The notes under the pieces are model-generated. The model was not told the DNA's origin. It was given only the letters and a program-made list of their open reading frames with translations, and searched no databases. From NCBI RefSeq assembly GCF_036321535.1, contig NC_087437.1, positions 7,254,001 through 7,318,000 on the forward strand: a stretch of DNA of 64,000 nucleotides, in the 5' to 3' direction. Of the stretch, positions 50,825-63,659 are shown piece by piece (the stretch's first letter is position 1; each line of letters opens with the position of its first letter). Position numbers and translations under genes: made by a program. The DNA comes from Camelus dromedarius (lineage: Eukaryota).

Positions 50825-51553
50825 TGTGGTGGTTAGTTTAATGTGTCAACTTGACTGGGCTGAGACATGCTCCATAGCTGGTGAAAAATTATTTCGGGTG
50901 TGTCTATAAGGGTGCTTCTGGAAGAGGTCAGCATCTGAATCAGTAGACTGAGTAAAGAGATCTACCTGCACCAGTGTGGGCGGGATCACCCAATCCACTG
51001 TGGGCCCACACAGACAGGGTGTCAGAGGAAGGGTGAATTCTCTCTCCCTCTCCTTGAGCTGGGGTGTCCATCTCCTCCTGCCCTTGGACATCAGAGCTCC
51101 TCGTTCTTAAGCCTTTGGATTTTGGGACTTATATCACTCCCCCGCTGCCCACCCCAACTCAGATCTTCAGTCTCAGACTGAATTATACCACTGACTTCCC
51201 TGCCTCTCCAGGTTGTAGATGGCAAATGGTGGGGACTTCTTGACCTCCATAACTATGTGAACTGATTTCTATAATAAATCTAATATCTATATATCCATAG
51301 ATGTATATATACAGTAGATGGACACTGACTATAAAAATCTGTGTATAAATTGTAGTTAGCCCTGTTTATACATGGCTCCTCTGTATCCGGTTCCACATCC
51401 GGGTATTCAGCCAATTACAGATCATGAAGTACTGTAGTATTTACTATTGAAAACAATCGGCATATAAGTGGACCCACAAAGTTCAAACTCGTGTTGTTTG
51501 AAGGTCAACTGTATATCCTACTGGGTCCATTTCTCTGGAGAACCCTGACTAAT
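50825..51553 (+). mobile_element. MLT2B-like (ERVL) solo LTR
   Basis: tgtggtggttagtttaatgtgtcaacttgactgggc...tttctctggagaaccctgactaat; interrupted by a Tigger element. Confidence 0.9.
51312..51511 (-). mobile_element. Tigger2-like DNA transposon fragment nested at a TA site in the LTR
   Basis: Right end ataagtggacccacaaagttcaaactcgtgttgtttgaaggtcaactg-TA is the reversed Tigger2 terminus; left end TA-cagt. Confidence 0.75.
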
Positions 51554-52427
51554 CCTTTTAGACCAGAGTTGAAACCCTTTAACACATCTTGCAAGGTCCT
51601 CGTGGCTCTGGTCCTGGTTCCATCCTCGTTGCTCACATCCCTCATGTTCTTCCTGTTGTAGTCAATGGTTTCAGTTCCTGTTTTCTTTCTTCTCTGAGAC
51701 TTCTCCTGCTGGACTTTTTGCTGGGAACACCTCTTTCCCACCACTCTCTTCCTTTCCCTACTCCAACAGGGCCCTCTAACCAAACTCTCTAGTCCTATTT
51801 TGAGCTCCAGTCATTTTGATCCACTGTTAGATCTGGAATTACTCTATAGTCTTTCTTATTCCTGGGTCTTTGAACATGGTGTCTCACTCCTTCTTGGTCT
51901 ATTCATTATTCCAGTCTCAATGTATCTGGTACTCCATTTAGAAAGACTCCTCCTCTCTCCTAAGGATGGCTAAGGCACTCTGCTCATCGCTCCCAAAAGC
52001 CTGCAGGGCTTTAGTGTCTGCACTGCATTATAATCACTTGTTCTTTGAAGCATAATCGCTATAAATCAGGAAACTTTTCTATAGCGTCTGTTGCATATCA
52101 GACATTCTACAAATGGTAGTAGATTGAGCATGTAAAACCAATACGACACTAAGTCCAGAGGACTTTCTCAAGGTTACACATGAGATACGAAGTCATGACT
52201 CAGACGTTGGGAAGAGGATCAATGAGATGGGATGAGATTGGGGATGAATGGAGAAGGGTCATTGAAAATAGTCTCATATGGTGAGGCACCTCCTTATTGG
52301 TTATATCTGAAGGTATACTTGGCATATTTCAAGGTGTAAAGCTGAGCTCACCACTGCCTCAAAGAGAGGAAGCAGACTGCGACAGCACTTACACAAATAC
52401 TAAATGATATTTTAATAATTTTAAATT

Positions 52428-52472
52428 TATTATTATCATCATCATCATCATCATCATTATCATTATTATTAT
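52428..52472. repeat. (ATT)n/(ATC)n trinucleotide repeat
   Basis: Seen directly. Confidence 0.9.
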
Positions 52473-53168
52473 GGCTTGTGATGGACTAATTTTTCCATCC
52501 AAAAAAGGAAAACAGCTTGGGAGTTTTCTTAAACGGGCAAACGCTCTTTTCTGGGAGAGTGTTTGGTGGTAAAGGTCACTGTGAACTTAGAGAGGAGCTC
52601 ATTGGGATGGAAGCAGCATTATTTATGTGTATTTATGTGCTTATTCACTGATGGCTTTGCTGAGGAAAGCTATATTGTCAAGTGCCCTAATTAAGAAATA
52701 ATAATGTAATTGATTTTTTATGGATTATCTTCAATTGAGTCCCTTTACAACAGCAAACTCTCATTGACGACTTGGGATAATTGATAGCGTCTCAGCACAA
52801 TGCCCTTGGCTGACTGCAGAGCGGTGGATGCTGTGCCTGACAGCGGTCCCGAGGGACCTCTGTTCTCATGATGGTGACCCCAGAAAGGCCCCAGGCTGGC
52901 GTGGAAAGGGTACTGTTTATCCACGGAGCATCAAAGGGCAGGTCACTTTCCCTTTTGTACAACAAGAGGGTCGAACTCAACCAATGGTTGGAAAAAATAA
53001 AAAAATTTCAGCAGAACCCCTTTCATCAAACAAACTCTACAAAGGAGGTGTGTATGTAAAACAGGCCCTAGTGGTGTTAACTGTTCCTGAAGCAAGGTTG
53101 GAAGTGCACAGTTTGACCCACTGGAGTTGTCTCCCACCAGAGCAGACTCTGAAGGACTCCAGAACACA

Positions 53169-53683
53169 CGTTACTGAGGCCAAGTTCATACTCCTCACCA
53201 TAGGACAGGCCAATGAATTGAGAGGTGAATTGCTGGGGCGAGGAACGGCGACCTTATTCAGAAAGCCAGCAGACCAGGAAGATGGTGGACTAGTGTCCCA
53301 AAGAAGCATCTTGCCTGGGTGTGGATGCTAGTTTCTCTTATAGAAAAAAGAAGGGGAGGTGAGGAGGTAAAGTTAAAAAGGTGATAAGTCATTGCAACTA
53401 TTTCCTGGCTCTGCTAGACTCTAGAGAGGATATATTAATTACTTTTTCCTGTAGCCATTCACAGGTGGGCCTAGCCAGGATGTTTCCTGTGAATGAAACA
53501 AAGGTATTTTAGCTTAACGCTCAGGCATGGGGGCAGGGTTCCTGAAGATGAGCTATTATGTGTACTTTAAGCTATAGGCAACATTCCTTTAGTGATTAAC
53601 TTGTAGCAAAAGCAATAGAATGCAAAGATTCAGATAAAAGAAACAGATCCAACATGGAGTCAGATTTGTTCTTCCTTATTACA
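53169..53683 (-). mobile_element. ERV1-class solo LTR, copy B
   Basis: Minus strand starts tgtaataaggaagaacaaatctgactccat; 4-bp TSD caca at 53165-53168 and 53684-53687. Confidence 0.9.
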
Positions 53684-54329
53684 CACACAGTTTGAAAGCT
53701 GCTGGACTAGATGATCCCCAAGCATGATTCCAGTTCTAAAATTCCAGGATTTTGTGATATTAACTTCAAGGACTCCAGGATACACAAAACAGTCATTTGT
53801 CTCATCCTTGGAGTAAATGTGGCTCAAAGCATTTGCCATCACAGTCCAGCCAGAATATCAAACTTGGCACAGGACTCCCAGAATGTGGTTTAAGCAGAGT
53901 GAAGCCATCTATGCCTCTGATTTTAGTGACTTCATGTCATTGTGTGTGTCTGTGTCTGTGTCTGTGTATGCACACATGGGTGAGATAGTCTGCACTCTTA
54001 CAGGAGCTCTGCATTTTCTTATTTCAGCAGATTTTTGTGGGATTGTGAGGAAGCTATGTTATCTAGGAGAAGGAAACAGAGAGTGCTTTGCCAGACACTC
54101 TTTATGAAAGGAGATATGTTAACCATATTCATTCATGAGGTAATTAAAGTTCAGGAATGTCAACCAAGGTCACAATAAGTCTCTGTGACTCCAAAGCTCA
54201 TACTTTTTACTCAATAATGGTTTATGGAGGAAAGAGAGAGATCTAAGAAGATTATTTGGGGAGAGAATTAGTTGAGATACAGAATTATTCAGAAAAACAT
54301 AATATTCAGGGTTTTTTTTTTTTAATTAA

Positions 54330-54705
54330 TGCAGGCTTCATCATGTAGGTGTGATCAATTATTAACTCAATTTCCAGTCCCTCTCTCCTCCCTGGAGGAT
54401 GGGGTGGGAACAAAAGTCCAAGCTTCTAATCATGACTTGGTTTTTCTGGTGACTAGCCCCTAATCCAAGAGCCCACCAAGAATCACCTCATTAGAACAAA
54501 TGACTTTCCTATGACCCAGGAAATTACAAGGGATTTAGGAGCTTTGCGTCAGAAACCAGGGTCAAAGACCAGATATTAGAACAAAAGATACATCTAGCAC
54601 TTTTGTCACTTAGGAAATTACAAAACGTTTTAGAAGCTCTGGCCAGGAGCTGGGAACAGAGATCAAAATAAGAAAGAAATGCATTTCTTATATCACAATA
54701 TTGCA
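54330..54705. mobile_element. MER21-like LTR fragment
   Basis: ctctctcctccctggaggatggggtggg...ttctaatcatgacttggtttttctggtgactagccc...cacctcattagaacaaa...ggaaattacaagggatttaggagct. Confidence 0.8.
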
Positions 54706-56549
54706 GAGATGTCGGCTAAACTTGAGATCATTTTGATGGAGCAACTTGGGAATCTTGGGGCGTGTGAACTGTTGCCTTAGGAGCCAGGTGAAGAGATGCC
54801 ACAGGTGGGGTGGAGAGCACCTCTTCCAACCTTTTCCTTGGGTCTGCAGCAGGTCCAGTTTCTGCAGCAGAATCTGGAGGGGACTGTGGAGAGGAAAGTG
54901 GTCTTGTGAAGGTCATCTTAGCAGCCACATGATCCAAAGACCCCCTCCAATGAACTAAAGGCAGTGTAGTTCATGGAGCAGGGGGAGAGGGGTGGTGGCA
55001 GTGGGGAGCTCAGAGTAGGGAAGTGAATTCCAGAGCTCTATTTATGTACATGCATATCTTCTCTCCCATTTGTGCTCATACGTTTTAATTGGAGAAGATC
55101 CCTGAATGAGCTTCTGGAGCATTTTTTTTCTCATTGCTTATTTTATCATAAAAATTAGCAAATGGCCAAAGGAATGATTTGTATTGTTTGACCTTGTACC
55201 AAAATGCCTGGCACATAGTAGGTGATATTTGTCTGTAGAATAAAATACTTGGCTTTTATTCAGAGAATACCCTAGTACTAAAACTAGCTGAGCAACTAAT
55301 GATACGTTTGGCTAATGGAATATCAGCATAGGATATTTTTTTAATGAGAAAGGCAGGGACTCTGTTACCCCCATGGAAAAACACACCAAAACAAAAAAAA
55401 TCTAATATGCTATAACTTTGTAGATTTTTCTATTAATAACCCCAGTGAGTGCTGGCAAATGTTTGGAGTTTACCGCAATGCCCAAATCAAAACCCTCAAA
55501 TGGTATGACCACAAAGGCTATGAACTCTCAAGCCAGCAAGCTAATGGACAAGATGCTAAATATCAACCTAGGACCAAGATATATTTTTAATTACTGTTGG
55601 CATTTTGTTTCTGCTTAATCCATTACATAGGAGCCAACAACATGCTTTTTTTTTTTTTTACCCCCAATTTCTGACTTCATCCATGGCTGGGACTCAGCTT
55701 CAAGCAGTAACATTAGGTAGGAGGCCAACCACTAAGGAGGGTGAGTGATTGACCTGGATGACACATCTGCACCACAGACAAAACCAAATGAACCCAAAGC
55801 AGCATACACACAGGTCCTTAGGTAAGCACTACTAATGTTTTGCAGCATTTTATGGTACTCTATTGAATTTCAGGTTGGGATAAGGCCTTTTCTCTTTTCC
55901 TAATAAAAATAAGATGAAAAGAATTGTTGTCTAAAGGGCCAGGTCTTAGAGGAAAAAGTCTTAGAGTCAAGTTTTTGTACTAGATGAGGCATATAACATT
56001 TCTGAGCTTTGTTTGTCTAATTTATAAAATGAAGATTAAAAATACCTTCCCTATTTTCTTCATTTGCATATTGGGAGGGTCAAGGGCAAAAAGTACTATT
56101 ATATGCCAGATAGATTTTTTTTTTTGTAAAGGGTAATATAAATACAAGTGACTCTATTTTCATGATTAACATTATAATCCTAGCTACTTATGAGGTATAA
56201 TGGGATCATGTCCATTTGTCTGTGGTGATTATTTTTTGCTCATTTTTCTAAACTTCTTTGTCCTTCCTCTGACACTGTTCCCAGTCAGATTTTTTTCCAT
56301 TGGTTTTATTTCAGTTCCCTTCTATATTTTCTCTCTGTCTAGTGTTTGCTTAGTAGTTAGAAATCACAGTGTACACAGAGTATTTAGCAAATGCTCTTCA
56401 AAAGTCTACTGATCCCTTTCTCCCAAAATCTAAGAAATTGTAACAGTCAGATATTGCTGTGTAACAGATACTCACACAATCATAGCAGCAGACACCAGAA
56501 CCACTTATTTCCCAGCTGAGGTTGGGATTTCTAGGTTGAGCTCTGGTAG

Positions 56550-57066
56550 TGTAATAGGGAAGAACAAATCTGACTCCATATTAGATCTGGTCCTTTAGCT
56601 CTTACCCTGTGCTCTGTTGCCTGTGTTGAACCATGCTGATTCTGCACCTTTTGCAAAAGAATGTTGCCTAGAGCCTAAAATACACAGGAAAGCCCATTCT
56701 TAAGGCTCTGACCTTTAAGGGTAGAACACTTTTCCATTCACATGGAGATAAAAAGTTACAGAACAGAGAAAAAAAATGTCTTGTTGGAGGTTTACAGGAA
56801 CACTGTGATCTGACCTATGTGGACAGCTGCAAGAACAAAGAATTCCAAAACCAAGAAGTTTGCAACAACTAACCACCACCCCCTCCCCTTTTAGTATAAA
56901 AGGAGCCTGAATTCTGACTTGTGTGAGATGGCTCTTTGGATAGTGTCCACCATCTTCTTGGTCTGCTGGCTTTCCAAAGAAGGTCACTATTCACTACCTC
57001 CACAACTCATCTCTCGATTTGTTGGCCTGTCCTGAGGTGAGCAGTACAAGCTTGGACTCAGTAACA
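56550..57066 (+). mobile_element. ERV1-class solo LTR, copy C, nested in an MLT1 remnant (about 56450-57205)
   Basis: tgtaatagggaagaacaaatctgactccat...TATAAAA at about 56895...cttggactcagtaaca; 4-bp flanks gtag/gcag. Confidence 0.9.
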
Positions 57067-58899
57067 GCAGGTGCAGCTGGGTTTGGTATTTTGCTTTGAA
57101 CTGGTCTTAGATCTGTTCTGCGTGCCTTCAGTCTGAGGCCTGGGCTAAAAGGGTAGCACCTACCCTGGTGAATTTCCTCTCATGAAGATGGAAGAGGCGT
57201 AAGATGACAAACACAATCAAACAACGTACCAGGGTAGATTTGGCCTCCAGTGAGATTGGACAAAATACTTATTTTGAGGTTAAGTCTCTCCTCAAAGAAA
57301 ATGTTCATTTCATCTAACATTTAATCCTGTTTTCAAGTGAAACATTTTTGTGCTTTTAAGTTAGCAGCAACCACAATCACATGGTTGAAGACCATGCTGT
57401 CGAAACTTGTGCGTGTCTGTGTGTTTGTGTATATGTGGACTCATGCTCTTGATTGCTTGTTATGGAAGGTAAACTTTTTTCAAATATTTTGCTCTTAATT
57501 TTCAGACTCTTGAAAAGTTACAACTTTGAAATAATATTTTAAAATAATTAGTAAGACAAAATACGAATGCAAGAATATCTGGGTAGAAAAATAGGAATAA
57601 TTTTTCTCTGGTGTGAGTCAGTGAATCTATCCTGAGAATGAAGTTTTATGAGGGGAAAGACATGCCTTCTTATGTCATACTCACATTCACGTTTGCAGTG
57701 CAGTCCTAATTGAAAACTCTGATCAGTTTGTTTGTTTTAATAATTAACATAGTAATCGTTAAAATAAACTGAAGTTTATTCTGCTAAGAAGCGGTTTTGA
57801 CTATTTCATTTTAAGATGCTTATGAATTGAATTGCATGCTTTATCATTACGATACTTTTTTCTTTTTTTTTTTTGCATGGGACATAGCAAAGATTTCTAT
57901 CCTAGGATAGAAATATGTTCGCTTTTCATGACTGAGAAGGAGCTCAACATGATTTCTGATAAAATCCAGTTAAAATCTATCCTTTATTTTTCCCCTTTTA
58001 AGACATGCTCAAGGTAACATTACAAATATTTACTGAAGGATCAGACTCAATGAAGATAACTGCAATTATCTACACAAACACACAAGCACACACAACACCC
58101 TTTATAAACGTCTGCCTTGTAAAAAGGGCTTCTTGTTTGGACCATTTCCATATTAAAGGAACAGTTTATAGATTTTAGGAGATTGCTATGGATCTTTACT
58201 AAAAATGAAGTTTACTTACAAAGTAAAATTGAAGCTTCTTTTGAGCAAACATGTTCAGTTTCAACATTGTATCTAAATGAATAGGTTTACCTTTCTTGGC
58301 CCTGGGGAGCTAAATGCTTATGTAACAATAATCAAAAGGTCCATCAATGGGCCATATTTGAAGTTGAATGCTTTTTTCATGGTAGCATTTCCATCCTTCA
58401 GCCTATGTGAAGACTACCTTAGGGCCGGCATCCAGGCTACTCAAAATAAAATCCCTGGAAGAAGCATTTCCAAAGTCAAGCTAGTTCTTGGTAGAGCACT
58501 GCTTGGCAAGTTAATATATTAAAAATAAATAACATTCAAATCACAGTCCTCTCCATCTCTCTCCCTCTCTGTTTTTCTGCCTCTGTCTATCTGTCTCTCT
58601 TTCTCTCTCTTTCTCTGGAGCAGTTATTTTTAAATTTTAGTTTTAAATGCTAAATGGATAAGATATGATCACATTATTTAAAAATATGTTAAAAAATACA
58701 TAGTGACAAGTCTCTTATTTGTGTTTCCTATCCACTTTGTGCCCATCTTCCAATATATCCATGTTTATTAGATTTTTATGAATATGCAAATATAATCTCT
58801 TATTAAAAGTTTGATTTTGCATCTCCACTGTCTAAATTACAGGGAAGCATGAATTTGTATTATGTGTATTATACATAGGCACACACCATACACATAATC

Positions 58900-59560
58900 T
58901 GTGTAAGTTATCTGCTGCCCCGCTATAAACCACCTCAAGACACAGCAGCTTAAAACAGTATTATTTTTCACTATCCTGTAGAGGTTAGGGATTTGGGCGG
59001 TGCTCTCCTGGGCAGGACTTTTGCTACATGGTGTCAGCGAGAGTCATTCATTTAGCTGCATTCAGCTACTGTTAGGGCTAAGCTGGAAGATCTAAACAAG
59101 TCCTCTTCTATGCCAAACACTGCAGCTCTCCTCCAAGTGGCTACTGTCTTTCCAAGTGGCTTGGGCTTCTTTGCAGCATGGAGGTCTGACAGTGAGTGGT
59201 TGGGCTTCTTCTGCAGTAGCTGGCTTCCTGGAATGTGCTAAAAGGTAAAGGTGAAAGTCCTAGGGTTCTAGATTCTTATACATAGTAATCAAAGGGCCCA
59301 GCAAACACCAGTGGGTCATATTTGAGATTTAATAATTTTTTCATGATGCTTTTTCCATCTGTAAGCCTATTTTAAGACTACCAACAGGGCTAGTATCTTA
59401 AGGCTCAGCCATGAAATAGAGTGAATCCTGCCACATTTCACTGGGCAAAACAAGTCCCAAATTTACCCCAGATTCAAGAGGAGGGAAATAGCTTCTACCT
59501 TTTAACGGGATGAGTGGCAAAGGATGTGCAGCCATCTTTAATTTTTTGATTTACCACAAT
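58900..59560. mobile_element. MLT1-type MaLR LTR fossil
   Basis: cagcagcttaaaaca...tcattcatttagctgcattcagct...cccagattcaagaggagggaaatag...tgcagccatctttaat. Confidence 0.75.
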
Positions 59561-61316
59561 GTGTTTGAGTTTATCCATGTTTTAAAGCCCACAGACCTCA
59601 GTCAATCAGTGATAGAAAGATGTCTGCTAATATGCTATAAAACATTCGATTCCTGTTCCCAAAACTTAATCAGCTTACTAAGAAGAATTTATTTTTAGAA
59701 ATAAAAAGTTTTCTTTAAAAAAAAATAATAAACCTTCCTCACAAGCTCCTAGATTTGCTTTAAAGCCCACATTTTTGTAACATAATGATGTGCTGTTAAT
59801 TTAAAACAAAACAAACACCTCACCACAGTATTTTTCATCACTTGGACATGTCCTGACTGCCAATCTGTGGACAGGCTATGTTCTTCATGTGTGCTTTGAC
59901 ATATACATTAAACCTTCTCTTACTATTCTCTTGATGAATCTAATTCCCATCAAACCCGTGACATAACCTGTAACTATCCCCAGCTTCTTTGTGGGAGTTT
60001 ACGATCTTCATGATATATGCCTCCTGAAATATACATCGGTGGGCTTATGGTAAAATTAATAATGCTGAAATTAAAACTGACAGCTCTGAAATGATATGCT
60101 ACCCTTAGCATATGGAATAACTACCATGAACGCTTATGGGGTTTGTTGCAAGATTATAGACAGTTACCCAATGGGGAATAACTTCTGAACTGTGTTGCTA
60201 AATCTCATTTGACAGGTTTTGGATTTGGTGTAATTTTTCTATAGCATTTTAGTGTTGGGTGAGCAATATGTTAGCTGTGATTCAGATGACATTTTATGGC
60301 TAAGCCCTTTAGTCTCTCCCTTCCAAGTCCTCCCTCCCACACCCTCCTTTTTTCTTCCCTTCTCTTCCTTCTATGTACACTCAATCTTATCTAAATATTT
60401 GAGCAGTTAGTTCAGGGCTAGGGGAATCTTTGTGAAGTAGGACAATCAAAGCCCTCTTGTCTGGCTGCAAATCTGAGGATACAGAGCAGAGTTCTAGCTA
60501 CCTATCAATTGATTTATTATGTTTTTCTCTTCCATTCCCAAATGTTTACACTCTTATTTCTTCTGTGATGGTAGAAAATGCAAATTGCAAGAATTTGGTC
60601 CTGTGTTCAGTGATCCAGTCTTTTATAAAATCTGTCTTGGCTTCACTTTATGTATTCAACTGTGTGTATAAACAGACAGGAAGACAGACAGACAGACAGA
60701 TAGACACATACACACAACTTATTTTTTTCTTTCCTTTAATGGGTCTGTTTCTCTCTTCCTCTGGTGAATGAAGAGCTGCTGGCCAGATGTCGGCTTTGTA
60801 AAGAACAGCACTATCTCTACAAAAGAAAGACTTTGGCAGTTTGGGGGGAAAATTAGTTAAGGATTGGTTGCTACAATAGCAAAGAAATAACTCAGATATA
60901 GTAATTATGCCAGAACTTCAGAATTCCATATACTGAACACTATGTAGGATGATTAATAGGTGAAAATAGGAAATGGGACCAACAGGAGTTTGAGGTACTT
61001 TGAAAGGCCTTCCTCCTCCTTTATGCCCGTTTTGACTTGAACACATGGAAGTTATAGAAACATGCTTCAAACAAAGGAAATTTTTAAAAATGAACACATA
61101 ATAACAAATTTAGTGCTTCTAGGTATGGTATGACTCCTCATTTAAACTCATGGGCCTTTCCAAAATTTGTCTCTAATAGGGTAGACTATTGCTTCTGCTG
61201 TAGTTGCGATTGGGGCTGCCTTTAACAATGTTTAAATAAGTGCTCCCAAATGATTTCTATCCCCCCAGTTGGATCATCCTTTGATGTGAAACTGTTTTTA
61301 TAAATAATAAAGTGCA

Positions 61317-61412
61317 GGGGGCAGGAAAAAGTTCAGTGGTAGAGCACATGCTTAGCATGCAGGAGGTCCTGGGTTCAATCCCCAGTACCTCCACTAAACA
61401 AATAAAATAAAA
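61317..61412 (+). mobile_element. Vic-1-like SINE, short form
   Basis: gttcagtggtagagcacatgcttagcatgcaggaggtcctgggttcaatccccagtacctcca plus A-rich tail. Confidence 0.92.
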
Positions 61413-61984
61413 TGGAGATGCTACATCAATTGCCATAGACACTCTTGGTTGTCCACCCCACATTCAATTCACTCTTGTTTCTTGGCACCTGGGATACTGT
61501 GAGCATGATTAAATGTTCATTTCTCAAGCCATTATTTCAGTCAAGAGTGAACTAGGCTTTGAACAATGAATTTTGTAAGCAGAGACCACTGGTTGTGTCT
61601 CGGGAAGAGTCGTCTTTCTTTACAGAAGAGGTGATCTCACTCCCACCACTTTTCCCTTCTTCTTGTGCCTTGAATGAGGTTGCAGTAGCAACTAGCTTGT
61701 GACTCTGTGAGAGAAGTTGATACATTTAAGAACCCATGGCCCTGAGGATGTACAGCCCCTGAACTCATGCTGAAAGCTGTCTTCTTCCCTGATTCATTAC
61801 AAACTAAAATCACGATTTTCTACTTGTTTCAACTATCATGTTAAGTCTTTTGTTGCATCTGCCAATTCTAGCTACTTTAAACAAGCAGTTATAAAAGACT
61901 CATTTGTGGATATGAAATTTATAATCTTTATGTATGTAAATATGTATTCTTTCTATATAAATAAATACATAATATAAAAAATAC

Positions 61985-62170
61985 AGTCATCCCTCAGTCT
62001 CTGTGGGGCATTGGTTCCAGGACCCACCCCCCCCATGGATACCAAAAGCTGACGATGATCAAATTCCTTGTATAACATGACATAGTATTTGCATGTAACT
62101 ACACAGCCTTTCATGTACTTTAAATCATCTCTAGATCGCTTATAATACCTATAAATGTACAATTTTTATG
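61985..62170 (+). mobile_element. MER2-like (Tigger) DNA transposon fragment
   Basis: TA-cagtcatccctcagt...ggcattggttccaggaccc...tactttaaatcatctctagat. Confidence 0.85.
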
Positions 62171-62477
62171 TCAAGTTTTCTGTTATTACTGGTTCGCCTG
62201 TACCTTTCTCTTTTCTCGTGTTCAAACAGGCCCCAGGATGTTTGCAATGTTCTTCCTGGGTATTTTCTTAAAAAGCTGATATCCATTGAGTAGTTTGGAT
62301 TTGGAGGAAGGGGTACTCCTCAGTCTAAAAAAAAATTCCCAGGTTTAGGGGAGTCCAGAGGGGTATGTGGGTCGAGTGAAGCCTGAGGATTGAGAGTTGT
62401 GGGGATGTGGGTTTGTGGCATAGGAAGAGGCTGCATCTGAGGCCCAGGGGCTCCAAGCTTCACTAAGATTCTGTATT

Positions 62478-62602
62478 ATTTATTTGGGGAGGCGGTTGTA
62501 GTTATTTTTACTTATTTATTTATTTTGATGACAGTGCTGGGGATTGAATGCAGGATCTCATGCATGCTAAGCATGAGCTCTACCACTGAGCTATCCCTCC
62601 CT
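62478..62602 (-). mobile_element. Vic-1-like SINE, long form, more diverged
   Basis: ggggattgaatgcaggatctcatgcatgctaagcatgagctctaccactgagctatccctccc; TSD attctgtatt at 62468-62477 and 62608-62617. Confidence 0.9.
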
Positions 62603-63094
62603 GCAGCATTCTGTATTCTGAGTCCAGAAGCAGCAGAGACAGGGAATCTGTTAAGACAAATTCTCTCAATTGAAGTCTTAATCATCCTCCCTTCTCTGAG
62701 CTAGAATCCCCCGTCTGCTCTCACTGCTGCTTTTTCCGGTGTCCTTACTACATGTGGGCTGTCATCTCCTGGAAGGACATCCTGGCTCCACAGGACAGTC
62801 ATTGCCTGCTCTCCCAATGCAGCAGGGCTGCTCGGGGCCAGTCCTTCCAGGCAAACTGTGCAAACGCCCCTTCTCTGTGCTCCTGATCTATGTAGCAGGA
62901 AGACACTCTGATGAGACTGGATGTCATCCAGAAAACTAGAGCAGAAGTAGGACTTAGGTCTCCTCTACCCCTAGAGCCATGAAATGATGTGAGGTTCCAT
63001 TGTTCTTCTTTTATTGGGAGATAACTCTGAATTGAGGGGAGCAGGCATGGATGGAGAACCCTCGTTACAAACATTGGCTTCTTTTATATTATGA

Positions 63095-63580
63095 ATCATA
63101 ATTCCCTTCTAAAAACTGCACAAAACATAAGTCGATAGATCAGCAAATTCTCACTAGGTGAACACCCAGGTCAGGCTTTCCAGTTGAAAAAATGAAACAT
63201 TGCTAGCTCTCCCAAACCCTCCTCATGGGCTCTCTCAAAAATCATTTCATCATTCCTTTCCAAAGATCATCTTGATTTGTCAGTCATCTTTTTCTTGCTT
63301 TTATCAATGGTTTCACTGCTGAAGTACAAAAATTACTAACCATGAGCTTTGTGTTTTAAATTTTAACATAAAATGAATAACACAGTATAATTTTTTGTCT
63401 GTGTTTTTTTTTCACTTAAAAATTATGTTCGTGAATTATGGGTGTGAAATTTATGCATATTATTGTACATAGCTGCAACTCATTTATTTTCTATTGCTGT
63501 AAAGTATACCATTGTATAAAAGCATCACAATAGACTTAGCTGTTTTATTGTTGAAAGGAATTCAAGTTATTTTCAATTCT
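63095..63580 (-). mobile_element. Old L1M (L1ME-like) fragment
   Basis: ctcatttattttctattgctgtaaagtataccattgtat...ttgttgaaaggaattcaagttattttca; reversed L1 ORF2 end and 3'UTR. Confidence 0.7.
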
Positions 63581-63659
63581 TAGAATAAAACTCGTATGAT
63601 TTTAGTAAGAGCACCCAGGTTCAAAAGTAATACACATAGGTTCTCCCCACTTCCCCGAC

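Noticed and set aside
52828..53331. Longest ORF in the track (167 aa)
   Set aside because: Its 3' third is antisense LTR sequence; no recognisable domain.
61317..61393. tRNA-Ala(AGC) genes here and at the other seven SINE heads
   Set aside because: A-rich tails, TSDs and stem-disrupting changes identify them as SINEs.
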